Assembly (NCBI GenBank): GCA_051294375.1
Contig: CM119265.1
Location: 4,405,056-4,469,055 of the forward strand
Length of the DNA stretch: 64,000 bases
Origin: Paraspadella gotoi
Taxonomy: Eukaryota; Animalia; Chaetognatha
Direction: 5' to 3'
The notes below the pieces were generated by a model that saw nothing but the letters and a program-made list of their open reading frames with translations, had not been told where the DNA came from and did not search any database. Position 1 is the stretch's first letter. Each line of letters opens with the position of its first letter. Positions 50,690 to 64,000 of the stretch are shown here, one piece after another. The position numbers were made by a program, and so were the translations under genes.

Positions 50690-53600
50690 AGACTTCAGTA
50701 TATCGTATCTCACCCACACTCCGTCTGCCGGCCAGTAAATGGGAAGAAGATGAGGTGAGAGCGACGCGACGAGAGCATGGCCGAGGGAAAGTGAAGCTGG
50801 TTGTGGAGCGCACTCGAGCGAGTCGCGACACACATGATAATAAAAATAATCGAGAAAGATGAAAGTCATGTTATTTGTATTTGAGTGAGAAGCCGTTTCC
50901 AAGATCATTGCACATCGGGACGACGCGGAAGAGGTTACTCGCCCGGACGGAATGTGCGTGTGGCGAAGTGAAAAAGTTTAAATTATATGCGTTCTTACAA
51001 TATAACTTTAGTCGGCCCCCTGAATTTCGGAAGTATACCGTTTCTATAGCTCATGCGAGCCGAGAAGTACGTGGAATCCAGCACTTTATAAGAATGTAAC
51101 TTCAAGAAATGGATGCAGTACCAATACCATCTGTACAGAAAAAAAATTATATTCTTGACAGATGCTACTTTACGTAGTGAGTATCTCATATATTTTCGAT
51201 TGTCGCTTTTCTCTAGACGCATTAAATCAAGATAGGAATTTATTCGTTATGGAACAGCTTCTCTCAACATATAGTTTTAACGCGAAAATGAGAGAGAAAA
51301 TTTAAAAAATGGAGTAGTGCGATGCCTTCAGGAGGGTGGGGGTCTCATTTCACTGTCTGAGCTCTACTAGAAACTTGCGCCTCGTTCCAACCTCCCTCTT
51401 GCACGCTCCTTCCAACTCCGCCCAGGTAGACGACTTCCGCCCCAGAACTCAACGTAGCACGGCCATCTTCAGTCTCCAGTGACGAAGTGCCACGCCGTCG
51501 GCCTCCGACCCGGGATCACGTGGGCTAGCGAGCAGACTACCAAAACCGATGGCGTGCTGGTACGTGCGCGCTGCTCAACGCCGCTCGAGTCGCGGCGGCG
51601 GACGTTAGCGGCGGAAGCCACGGAGCGGAAGCGGCAGCGCGGTCGAGCAGAAAAACGCAAAACAGAGGAAAACGGCGCAAAAAACAACTTTTATCTGTTG
51701 GGAAAAAAAAAAATTCGCATCTCGAGGTTTACAGAAGGTCGGTTTGGGGAAATATAGACATGGATCGAGGAATTTGTCGTTGTTGTTGTTGAAGGGATTT
51801 CTTGTTTTCACGTTGGACGTCTTTTATGGGGTTCGACGGTTTTAGTGTCGTTACTCGTCGTCGTCGTCATCGTCAAAGAGAAGAGGACTACGACACTCAG
51901 AGTCCGACGTCGTATCCTTAGCCTTTGACTGAGTACATTCGTACCGGGATGATTGTACATGTATACATTAAGAAATTGGATACAACCAATATGAAAATTA
52001 TCCAGTATCATTTAATAAAATTTGAAAAATATAAATAAGATAAAAATTATATTATTTCATAGAGAAAAAATTAGTATATGTTATAATTGCGCGCGTCGCA
52101 AGCAATCATTGAGATAGATCCTTGACTTAACTTGTATGTATGCGTCGCGTACTTGCGACTCAATTTCTTCCTCACTTTCTTACCATTTTCCCTCTTTTTC
52201 TGTTCACAAGAATCATGCACAATTGCTCAGTGGACGATGAACAACATTGCCCATTGCCAATATCTGCCGAGTCCTGGGCTCTTCGTGAGGTAGATCGCTC
52301 ATTCTTCTGTGCATGTTTCTACTCCTGTTGTTGTTTTTTTGTCTTTCGAAGTAAGGTGACGCGCAATGCGTCCTTAGTCCTTTAGATGCATACGATCTTT
52401 TCCTTGATCTGACCTGTATCCTATTTTATCTCCTCCTCCCTCTTCCAACCCACCCCCTCCTGAGACTCGATCATCCTCGTAATCTCGGAGAGATGTTGTC
52501 GAGAGAGATCGGCTAAGGAAATATTCTCGTTCGATCCCTCGACTTCATCTCTCGTCTTCTCTCCTCCCACTTGGTTCCTCTCCTTCCTTTTCCTCCCATT
52601 TTCCTAACTCCCTCCAGTGGAAAATGGTTCTCTACAAATCCTGGGAAAAAGCAATGAAAGAGTGGAAGAGGAGGGGGGGGCGTCAAAAACAAGAAACGAG
52701 AGCGATCGAGGGAGAGCGGTAAAAAACATGGGATCAAGGCGCGGAACTCGGCGGCGGGAGAAAGTGAAAGAGCAGCCGGACGTCACGTCGCCTCTTTCGT
52801 TGGAACGAACGGCAAAACTAATAAAAAAAATAAACGAACGTCGCCCTCGCGTGGGAATCGAGAGGTGTAGGGTAAGCGAGGAAACGGGACGATTGAGAGG
52901 TGGCTCAAATTGAGTAATGTTGTTAAACGGACGTAAGCCATTCCTTTCAGAGAAGGATGTCGCGAATGATTCAGAAGAGAAGTTAATTTACTAACCTTGC
53001 ATAGATCTAAGCAGCATAAGTCCTTTCTGAAAAATACTTAACAATACAGAGGAGAGAGATAAAGCTTCGACTAAGCGATGACTGGTAGCGATCAACAAGT
53101 ATTACGTAGGAAGAAAGAATATTAATACTTAATATCTAAATTTAAGTAAAGCTATATTTGACCCAAATTATGGAACATACAAATTCGGGAATTCATCCCT
53201 TCGATTTCAAAAACTCAATCTTTCTTTTCTTAATAAAATAATAATTTCTTTTAGTGTTGTATTAAAATTCTATATCTTCTATCTGCTGCTGACTTCTCAT
53301 TTTAGTTATATCATTAGATAACAGTAATAAAAAGAATTCCCGAGGCTGGTATCTGTTTAAATATTTCTTACGGGGACTGGGAGAATCTTTTTTGGGAATC
53401 GGTTGTACAATGTTGGTTCTCGCCGAATTACCCTTGCTTAACCGGTTTTAACGATGTTATCAGTTCCATGTTGATTTTAATTCTGTCGCTTATTAATCTT
53501 AGTATTCTCGGATTCGTTCTGTAGTAGCTGTCTAATTACACACAACGAAAATTATTATATAGCATTTGTATGCTCCGTAACTTTGCTGCGGAGCTGTAAC

Positions 53601-55930
53601 ACATAATAGTATCGAATGCGCCGTTGAGGAACACATCCTATAATTCTACCCGAACACTCCCCTTATATCCCCTTGTCGTTCCTCCGCCAGGAGTGTTTCT
53701 ACATTCTTCGGACGACGACGGCGTTCAAGGTCTTACGAACCTCACTCTCCTGCTTCGTCTCTTTGCTCCACTGACTCTGGCTGCCCTGACGAATTGAACG
53801 TCGCGCCGCAACCCAAATCAAGGAGAGGGGAAGTGGGGCATCCGACCTCTCGCTCTCTATCCCATCTCTCGTCTCTAGTAATGCTCCCAATGTGTGTGCG
53901 GTCTCCTGCGGTTCTCTCTTTTCTCTCTCCTCATCTCTTCTCTCTCTTTTTCCTCTCTGCCTCTCTGCGGTCTTGTCCCCCCGAGCCACATGCTCTCCGT
54001 GCTGCCCAAAATATTGTTTTTGGGCGCACAAAACAAACCCCAGTCACGTCCACAATGGTGCTACTCGGGGACTGAGCGGAACGTATTACTAAACAGCGAA
54101 TGTATTAGGCTCAAAATAGCAAGAACTAAAGATATATATTTCTGCTGCTGAGTATATATTCAATGAAGAATAGTGTCGGTTCTTAGTGGGAGGCGAAGTA
54201 GACTTTTATGGTAGAGGAAGTGGAGTACATTTTGTATCGTCATTAAACTCGAAGATTTTCGAGGATTTCGTTTTTTTTTTTACAAAATTACACGTATTGT
54301 GTGCAAAGGGTCGGCCGAAAAAAAAACGTTGCATTGAGGTTAATAATGCATTCGGCTCTTTTCTTCAGCACCAAATCCAAATCGCTGCGTCTTAAAAAAA
54401 GTAACTTTACGAACGGAGGACAAAGGAAACCGACGCGGCAAGATTAGGAAGCCAGTAACTTAGTAGCAGAAATCTTTATTTGGTATTTTTTTTTTGTGAA
54501 GAGATGGTTTCACGACGTCTCATGCTTTTGAGACACTATACCCAGGAAAACACAAAAGATCGCGAGGCCCGATGTTTCGTCGTATTTCACTTGGACCGTG
54601 CTGTGATATTCCCAGCCTACGAAATGGCCGAATGTAAGGCTACACAGGTGAATTTGGAAGTCCGAAAAATGTAGCAGAGTAGCTTGTCAACAAATACACC
54701 TCACGGAGAGGAATCTAATGATTAAGCATTGCCATCAGAATGGAAACTCTGCTAAATATACTTTTTCGTCATCTTTGTACTTCTCCTTTTATGCAAATTT
54801 GCTTGTTCCATCTGCGTGGTTAGCATCGCAAGATATACTACGAAGAAATGGGGCGATGACTTCCTCTTCAATAGGTTTCAGGTTGTCGAAAGATTCGTCT
54901 CAAATGTTTTTCCTCGGACGCCATGGTTAGGAGCTTTTCGGCTCCTCCCCGCCGCTTAACTAGAGTTATCCAAAGATTTAATCTCCGGTCTACTATCCAT
55001 CTGAGGAAACTCACATTTTGTGTCATCTTTGTATCAATATCTCTTTCTAAATCATAAATTCCTTCCCAGCATCAATTTTTTACTCCTACCGTTTGAAATA
55101 ACACTTAACTCATCACCCATTAGAGGAAGCACAAAAGCCAATTCAACTATCGTCAGGTCGTCTGATTCCATCTACAGTGTTCTCTCTGGAATTAATATTA
55201 TTGGACATATATTCTAATGAAATTTATTTTATATACGCGTCAGCGGAGCTAAGAGAGCGCGAGTTTATTCTCGCCGGTGAGTATAAGAGATATTTCAACT
55301 TAAAATCCTATACTTCCACCATTCTCTTTCACGGGCCAGTCGCGTGTTCTCTTTCTGTTCATCTAGCATACAAGCGGCACCGAGCTCTCTCAGATACGCT
55401 CCGTTTTCTCAGTCTAAATAGACAACAATTAACGCGCTCACAGGACGACACCCGGCAATATCAGCTCCGTTGTTCTTCAGTTAACTATAACATCAATAGA
55501 TGTTTAAGCGCCTAACTGTGATAGTTGAGTTTCATCCCTTGTTGAACAGTGGTCGTATAGGCAACATAGTCGCGTATATAACGGGAGATTGTCTGCGAAT
55601 ATAGTCTTCTTTTTGCTGTGTATATAGTTTGTTTCCACCGCACAAGGCTACTTACTCGGTTTATAATAATACAAGGGTCGACCTGCACTGTCTCTTTCCG
55701 AGTGGAACCGCAGAGAGCACCTCTTAATGCTCGTCTTCCAGTATTCTTAGGAGATCTTTTATCAAGTCTCTAATAACTTTACTATTCTCAGACACAACTT
55801 ACTATAAGCTGGTCATCGTAGCACTAGCTCTCGTGTATAGCAACATAGACTGTACGATCAACTCTGAATCTCCTAAGATATCTCCATTTTAGGTATATTT
55901 GACAACATCCTCGATATACCAATCTCGTAA
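50690..55930 (+). pseudogene. Insertion-riddled copy of 41.7-45.0 kb including three FSTL exons (probable assembly artefact)
   Basis: 51426-51737 copies exon 42161-42429, about 52680-52870 copies exon 43144-43262, about 53690-53840 copies part of exon 43939; introns are copied too; all frames destroyed; interrupted by an inverted block at about 54000-54780. Confidence 0.8.
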
Positions 55931-56429
55931 GGCCATTACTATACAGTGATTTTTCAGTCTCTCATGCTACTTCGCCTACACTGAACTTGTCGAATCTCTC
56001 AAATCCAACACAAATCTACCCACATCCTTTACCTGATGCCGTACAACGCTACTAGAGCTGATGCCTCAGTCGTGTCATCTGTTTTTATTTGCTTACTCCT
56101 GGCGAGTTTAGAAATAATGCTCAAAGATATCGCGCATTTCTCGTAGATTTCTGTACACGTTTAGGCATCGAAGCAGCGAGCGTTTTCCGCGGAAGATCTG
56201 TGTCCTCAGCAAGAATTCACTTCGACCAGTATGACACTCGCGCTCCGCGACAAGAAGTGACAGGAGACAGTCCTAGTCTAAATCCCCCTCCTCAATATTC
56301 GTAGAACCACCTGATCAGCAAATAAACTTTCTCGTATGTACGAAACCCACTCACTCGCACGAGACCCCGAGATTTTGATCCTATTCGATCGAGAGAGTAT
56401 AAGGAACTAGAGGATCGAGCGACAGTAAA

Positions 56430-58115
56430 GAATAGAGCTCTCACGCGCCTCGAGATGTATATTCTTGAGTTGTCCTTTGTAGTCTTGTTAGTCGTAGAGG
56501 GGAGCGATGAGAGGGAGGGAGAGGAGAGGTGGGGGGGAGAGAGGAGGTGCAGCGCGATAGAAGGAAGAGTAATGGAGGAAGGTACGCGAAAGAAGGCGAG
56601 ATGGGAAATGATCGAGACGAGGAGATTCGAATATTCGACAAAACGCGCGACGAGAAAGGATGACATCGACCCCCTTCTGGAAACTCGAGACCAAATTGTT
56701 GGACATTCGCAGGGAGTTGAGAAATGTTTTTTATTTGTTTTGTGTTTTTTATTTGTTAAAATATCTTTAGTTCACGTATTGCGATAATGTTTACGTGTTA
56801 GTTAAGTTAGTAATTAATATTCAATGTCTGATTTGTTTTGATGGGTTTGTGTTAGTTAAAAGAGATTAAGTATTTTGTTTATATTGAAGTGTTTTATTTT
56901 GGCGGACCTGATGTTCGTAGTTATATACCTTTTAGAAAGGGGTCGCTTTAGCTAGGTTAATGCACGAGTTGCTGTTGAGACCGTTTGGTTTTTTGTACGG
57001 TGTCAGGGAGCCGAGTATGTTACCCTCTACTTGTGAGTATCAGCGTTATCTACTATACTGAGCGTTTAGCTTTGCCGTATTGTGACTCGATGAGTAGGGA
57101 AGATCGTATCTAATGATACGTGTGAGAGAGAAGAAGGATGATGAGTAGGGTAGAGCGAGTCTCAGATCGATCCAGTCTCGGAGAGTCTCGAACGTCTTAA
57201 TCTCATTATGCATGAATGTAGCAGCTATCGTATGGAAAAGGATGTCTACACCGGTGATTGAACGAATCAAATGAGATTAGCGAGCAACTTATATAATACA
57301 GTAACGCAAGGTAGCAAAAAAAGAAATGGTGTCACTAAATGATAACTAGAATAAAGCAATTAGGTCTTTTCTGGTAAAATGATAACATTACTTGTCTGTG
57401 CAAAATTTAATGAAGTGCATTAAACAGGCATGTGTCCATAGAGAAATCCCGAGAGGTAAACATATGGTAGGCAGGAGTATATTTCTGTTTTAATCTAGTA
57501 CAAATCAACGACAATTTAGAACGCTAAAATTCACAGGTTCCAGTGACCAGAGTCCATGTATACGTCGTTCAAATCATAACAGATAAATGGTCCAACGGCG
57601 GTCCTCGACCAACTGAAATTAATTAGACCGTTGGGCTTCGCGAGTACAACGACAAGTGGTAACTCCGACTCGAATAAGGTGAAGTCTATACAGCATGCAT
57701 TTTAGAAACTCCGGCTGGATGTCTCTCTCTATAAAGACTTATTTTCGAGCAAGTCTCGCAAAGGAGGCGTCAATTCGTGAACATATACTTCTACAAAGTG
57801 CATTTGAAAAAGCTGTGCTTCACCTATGACATGATCAGGAATCAATATATGATATACAATTTCTCTCCGACTCTATTGCTAATTACGCAGATGACCCCAA
57901 GAGAGAGAGAGCAGCAGAGAGCACTGGACGAGAGAAACGAAAAGAGATTAAATGTGCCAGGTTCGCGCGGAAAGAGTTTAAGAAGTGAGAAGAATCGAGA
58001 TCAGAAGAATGATTAGAGGATCTAAGAAGCGACACGACGACAACAAAACAGAAAGGATATGAACTGAGCTCCGAATGGGCGAAAGAGTGAATGAAAGGAT
58101 CCCGTGTTTTCATCG
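56430..58115 (-). repeat. Noisy inverted copy of about 46930-48125
   Basis: e.g. atagagctctcacgcgcct (56432) vs aggcgcgtgagagctctat (48105); tgaaaggatcccgtgtttt (58092) vs aaaacacgggatcctttca (46933). Confidence 0.85.
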
Positions 58116-58214
58116 TTGCTTTTAATGTGTGAGATAATTTATCCTATTCTGTACCGAGTATTATTTCCTCGTGGGGAGACATCCACGTCGATCCTGCCGG
58201 CTTTCTGGTTGTTT

Positions 58215-61200
58215 TGATGTTTTTTTTATTTTTATGGGTTTGTCTCTCTACTCTTTTTCTCTTTTTTCATCACTAATCTCTTTTCACTCTATTTCTACCT
58301 CGCTTCTCCCTTTTCTCTCTCCTACTCCGTCTCCGCGAACTCCGGTTACAGTTGGAATGAATTACTGATTGTATCACGTATTTCCTTGAACTGTTTTTAT
58401 TCTTCTCTCTACTCCTCCTCTGTCTCTCTCGTCTCTCTACTCGTGACTGCAGAGCTAGATTCTGCTCTCTCTCGTCTCAATGCTCGATCCTCCTGCTGTC
58501 TTCGTCTGCTCTCGCTATCTACACTAAGAGTAAGCATGCGTTCATTCCCGGAGCCTTATCTCTTCTCCATTCTCCCTCACCAGACCATCCTCTTACTCCC
58601 CCCCGACGACGAAGTTGTGAAATAAGCCGGCATCCGACGTGGAGTTCTCGGGCCCCGCACGAGGAAAATACTCGAGCAAATTAGGATAAATATTAATTAA
58701 AAAAAAACGGGATGGAAAAACACGCGGATCCTTCTCATTTCGCCCATTCGCCTCAGCTCGATATTTTCTCGTTTTGTTGTCGTCGTGTTCGCCTTCTTAG
58801 GACTCAATCATTTTCGATGATTCATCTTTAAACTTTCGCGCGACTGGAATTTAATTTTTGTTTCGCAGTGTCGTGCTTTTTTCATTGTATCATAGTCGGA
58901 AATTAATATTTTGATATTGCTGGTGTAAGAAACTTTCAATGATTTTAGTTTAATGTCCCCCTTCGAACTTCGGGTGTAGCTTATTACGGTCGAAATTCGC
59001 CGTTCAAATATTATAATTCACTTTGTCGGTCTTGTCGGTCCAACCACAAACGCTAATTATCGTGTGGTTAGACGCGACATGTTTAACGAAGGCGTTGAAA
59101 TTTGCTTCAAATGCGGACATTAGCCCGCGTTCGATTCTTAAATTCCTACATTTACTTCGATCTCAGGCCTGTTAGATTATTAAATTGAAGAAAAAGGAAT
59201 TTTAATCAATTACCTCTTTTCTAGACATTAGTAACATTCCTTTTTGTGTTTGTTTTTATATAGTTCTGCCTCAAATTTGAGTCGTTCAATACCGTGTAGA
59301 CACTTTCATTACGATACTGCCAATATGCAAATGGGATTAAGACCGTCAGATCCGAATGGATCGATCAGACTCGGCTCTACCCTGTCAGACCTTTCTTCAC
59401 ACGGTATAAGAACGATCATTCCACATGCATAGTATATACTGTAAAGTGTAGTAGAAACCCCATAAATACCACAAAACGTGGCTCCCTGAACGTAAAAAAA
59501 ACGGTCAAACCAACTCGTGCATAACCAGTAAAATTCAACAAAGAAAATACCGAACATGCCGCAGGAATAAAATAATATAAAAAAAATTAATTTTAATAAA
59601 TCAACAAAACAATTCGAATATTAATTACTATTTAAAACACGAAAACATAGGCATTACGTGAACTAAAGGAATTTAAAAAAAAAAACAAAAAAAAACAAAA
59701 AAAAAAAACAAACCGCGATGTCACATTTGGTCGAGTTTCCGAAGGGGGTCCGATGTCATCTTTCTCTTCCAGGCGTTGTTCGAATAATGAATCTCTTCTC
59801 GATCATTCATCCTCGCCTTCTCTCTCGATCTTCCTCCCCATTCACTCCTCCTTAATCGCCCGACCCTCCCCCTCTCACCTCCCCTACCTCATCGCCTCCC
59901 TCAGACAAAAGACAAAAAGGACAATCTAAAAACATCTCGTGCCGTGGAGCGCTCTATTTATGGACTCCTCTTAGTCTCTATCTCCTCGACGAAGGATCAA
60001 ATCGGCGCGACGTGGGCGGTCGTGAAATATGGATGTCCCGGGGTTGTAGGAGGAAAGTTTACTTGAGGGGATACTTTTTGGAGGGGGGGATTTTTAGAGC
60101 GGCTGGAGTTCGCGCTCGGAGTTTGCGAGAGGATAGCCAAGTCAATTGCGGGCCCAACTTCCTCGTAAAACGCTCCGTTTTCATCTTAAATGCAGAATTA
60201 ATAGTTTTTATATTTACAATATTAGATTAAGAAAGGTGTAAAAGAAAAAGATAGATTAGTTATCTTAAGGTTTAGGATAAGGTTAAAGATTTGGGGAGAG
60301 TTTTGTTAGGGATTAAAGTTAGTGATTAGGGTTTAATAATAGAAAAATAGAAAGTAAGGGTTAAATTAGGTTCAAAAATTAGGATTAGATGATGTGGTTA
60401 GGCGTTAAAGGTTTAGGGACTTGAGAACTTATATATTTTAAATACAAGTGTTTAGGAACTTAAACTAAAACATTGATGAGGTGCTTTCAAAAATAGTGAT
60501 GCCGGCTTGAATAGAATATTAATAATTAAAGAAAAAAAGGCTTCTTAAAGACGATAAGCATTAGATTGGGTCTGGGTGGTGTGCTAGAAAAACGGAGCGT
60601 CATCGCCTCGGTTTGCGAGAAAAAAAGAGCATGCGAGTGCCCTGGCGGGAATTTAGGTTAAAACCTGCGAAAACTCTGCCGCCCGCGACTCCACCCCCGT
60701 TAAATTTCCAAATTCATAACGCGAAACAGGAGGTCATCGACGGGTGACATATCTTCCCGGGTGAGTTTCACGAGGAGACGGACACCGAGATGGGGCACAT
60801 CCTCTGGCGGGCGGTAGAATGAAAAAAAAAAGAGAAAATGGCGGAGACGGATCGACATCCGTCGCCAGACGGAGGAGGAAATTCCTGGTGGCTCGAAAAT
60901 AGATACTGAAATATTTGAAAGAGGAGGGAAGATACGACCATTTCCGCTCGTAACGGAGGAAGGCGGACGAGTGTAGAAGAGCAGAAGACACAGCGGGAAG
61001 AACAGAAAGAACGCCGAAGAGAAGCAAACGGAGAAAGCGAAAGATTATAGTGGCGGAAGTGGAAGTTTTGAAATCAGTTCTCCCATCCTGATTGCAAGTA
61101 CTATGCTTACAATCATTAAGATTCTCTCGTGACCGGATGATCTGTGACAAGGACTCCTACGTGACTTACGACTTCCAATATCGCGACCTTACAGCATAAC

Positions 61201-61275
61201 TGGAATACAGGCCACTCAATTAAAAAGATGTGGTGAGCAAAAATTGCTTGTAGACATCTTAACAAAAAAAAACAA
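58215..61275 (+). repeat. Noisy direct copy of about 46590-49190
   Basis: Collinear matches: tttatgggtttgtctct, tgaaataagccggcatc, aaactttcgcgcgactggaatt, gtcacatttggtcgagtt, gagcatgcgagtgccctggcgggaatt, aatcattaagattctctcgtga. Confidence 0.9.
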
Positions 61276-62296
61276 ATACCAACAATAAAGAATTTTTCAA
61301 GGTTACCAAAAACTTATGAGGCGCGTAAGTTTTTTAAAACGAGGAATTTTTGTGCAACTCAACAAAGCGGGACCAGACAGCACATGGCACAGATGGACCT
61401 ATTCACTATGTGCCAGCGGGCCGCTCACGGGCTATCTTCTGCTGTACTACCCACTAAGTGCCTGAAGAAAAAAGAGGCAAGTAAAAGAGCCAATCTGCAT
61501 TCATAACCTCAATCAGACGTTCTTTTCGGGCCGAAACCTGCAAAATACGGAATGTTTTTGTAAAAAAAAAAACCGAAATAATCCTCCTTTTTGTTCGACA
61601 CAATCTGGTCAGAGAGCCTTTTCTAATGACCATACAAAGTGCTACTACCCTCTCTCTAAAAAAGTTATTCGGCCTACAAGAACGAACTATTTTCATTCGC
61701 AGGAGGATAACTTACAACGTAGAATTCTCTTTTTATCTCTTGCCTATATGTTGCTATTACAATTCTGTTTTTAGTAATCAGTATCGAGATGGGACGGGAA
61801 AAAAACGCCGGAGTCTAGCGAACCACGTGTCTAATTAACCGCAAGAGAGAGAGAACGAAAAATGAACAGAGAGAACGAGATAGACGGACGGAGAGACCCG
61901 AACGATGATAGTGGAGGGACGAAGTAGACCAAGAGCGAGACCGTGATGGAGAATGAGAGTGCGCAGATGGAGAGAATGAGGAGATGCGAAGAGAGACCGA
62001 GAGAGAGAGAGGAGAGAACGAAAAGCTNNNNNNNNNNNNNNNNNNNNNNNNNGAAAAGGGGAAGTTTCTATCCGCTAAAAACGGAGATAAAAACTTCATC
62101 CTCAAAATCTCCATCCATTTTCTTTTATCTTTCCTTTTCTGTAGCGAATTCTCTTCTTCATTTTTTCTATTAACGTTTTCCCCCACCTTTTTTTTATTCC
62201 TTTTCTTTTCTCTCTCTTTTTCCCCTCTCTTCCACTCTTTCTTCTTTTTCCAGATGTAGAAACCATTTTTCCGTTAAAAACAATAAGTCGAAACGA

Positions 62297-62407
<111 letters not shown>

Positions 62408-62703
62408 TTACCACGCTGCCGTATACATAATGGAAATCCCAGGAGAAGACGCGGGTAAAAAAAAGAGAAAAAAAAAAGGAACGAGAGGCCGAAATAGGAG
62501 AAAATAAAGAAGGGATGAAGATAAGGAAAAGAGAGAGGAAGTATGAAAGGAAAAGAAAAAAAAAGGAAAAGTCGGCTTGACTTTTCCGGCGTTGAACTCG
62601 AACCCAAGCGGGGTCACGGACTTTGAAATTAGGGTCCTTAGAGGAGGTCAACGCGAGCGAGAAGAAATTATGTCGCAAGCACGCTCCTCTTCGTCCTGGG
62701 CGA

Positions 62704-62705
<2 letters not shown>

Positions 62706-62790
<85 letters not shown>
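62706..62790 (+). repeat. (TC)n microsatellite
   Basis: Direct reading. Confidence 0.95.
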
Positions 62791-62793
<3 letters not shown>

Positions 62794-64000
62794 TTCCCGC
62801 GGGCGCTCAATCTTGTTCCGACCAAAATATGTCTCAGCTAAAAAAACGATGAATTTTAATTAAGTTTTTTACTCAAAGTTTTTTGCTCACGTTTCCCGGT
62901 GAATAGAAAGCCCATTAAAGTTTTGTCGTAGCCGTAGAGCTGGAGAGGAGAGGGTCGGATTAGTTTTTCAGATATCTCCTATTTATACCCTGTATATTCA
63001 TTGTAATTTGAAAAACATTATATGATATAGGGTATTCCACAAAAATTTTAAAAATACTTTTTTCTTAATTCGATTCTTTTAAACCTTGCATTAAGCCTAA
63101 CGAAATGTACATATGTGCTCTTTTAGGCGTTTGGGCCAGAGAAGGTAAATTTTGCAACTTATTGAACTCAAACTAGGACTAAGCGTACAAAGTCAAATAT
63201 AATAATTATAATAGTAATGAAATTGGTACAACCAATATAATAAACAATGTAATAATAATTAATTAAGGCAATTTTTTTCAAATTTTCTCCGCGACACAAA
63301 CCACGTTATATAGCAAGACTCTCTCCATCTCTCTCTATCTCCCTCTCTTCCCTTTTCTTTTCTCTTTCTAATCCTTTCTCTCCATCTCCTTGTCAAGTCG
63401 GGGTCGCGTAAAAGATTTTCATTAAGCCGATAAAAAAAAAATTAAAGCCAATAATATTTCAGAAAAAAAATAGTGGCATTTTTGAACAAATAAAATAAGT
63501 TAGGGTTTTACTAGAATACCGGGATAAAGCAGGCAGCAGAAGCTCAAAAAAAATAGAATAGCAACACCGAGGAGCAATACTAGAGAAAAACAAAAATTAG
63601 AATCGGAAGGGCTAAAAAGACACAATCCATAATTTGGAGGGTTGAGATTGCGGCGGATACGGAAAAACTCCCCGGAAAGATTGCGTCGGAGGCCACGAAG
63701 AGCGTTTTTTTTTTACGATTGTATAGTGCCGCAGTCGGGCATAAATAGAGAGAGAGAGAAAGACCGAAAGGAAGAGGAGAGAAGAGAGAGAGAAGAGAGA
63801 GAGAGACGAGCAGGACGAGGAGAGGGAAGAGAGAGACGAGAGAGAGAGGGAGAAAAGAAACTCAAAAAAATTGCAGCGGAGTGTAAACACTAAACTGCGC
63901 GAGACTCGAAGATTGGGAACCATAAAACTTCGCCCACTCCTCCACTCATCGTGACCCAGTCGGAGAAATGGGGCATGAGGATTTCAACGCCATAGTATCT

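Noticed and set aside
52490-52512. tgttgtcgagagagatc resembling the end of a PacBio hairpin adapter
   Set aside because: Too short and explainable as a noisy copy of 43060-43075; no inversion centred here.

Overview
Eukaryotic (animal, probably arthropod/crustacean-like; inference from AT-rich introns, dense GA/TC microsatellites and gene type) draft-assembly window with about 17 N gaps. Nearly all ORFs in the supplied track are artefacts of microsatellites or N runs. The real coding content is a multi-exon + strand gene (about 11.4-44.1 kb; 5' and 3' ends not found) for a follistatin-like 4/5 (FSTL4/FSTL5-type) secreted protein: follistatin/Kazal domain, acidic linker, two EF-hands, two Ig domains and the start of the C-terminal domain. 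Nine exons were read with GT-AG boundaries plus one candidate 31-nt micro-exon. One junction is out of phase by 1 nt and one exon end lies in a gap. Introns hold a decayed DIRS-like retrotransposon, a DINE-1/HINE-like element, an AT-rich fold-back repeat, a ~3 kb inverted duplication and a ~1.5 kb direct duplication. From about 50.7 kb to 62.3 kb the sequence is mostly a jumble of insertion-rich direct and inverted copies of 41.7-50.7 kb, most likely unpolished long-read assembly redundancy. I found no convincing novel biological system. The best leads are the low-complexity insertions in the FSTL protein, the micro-exon and the large intronic inverted repeat.
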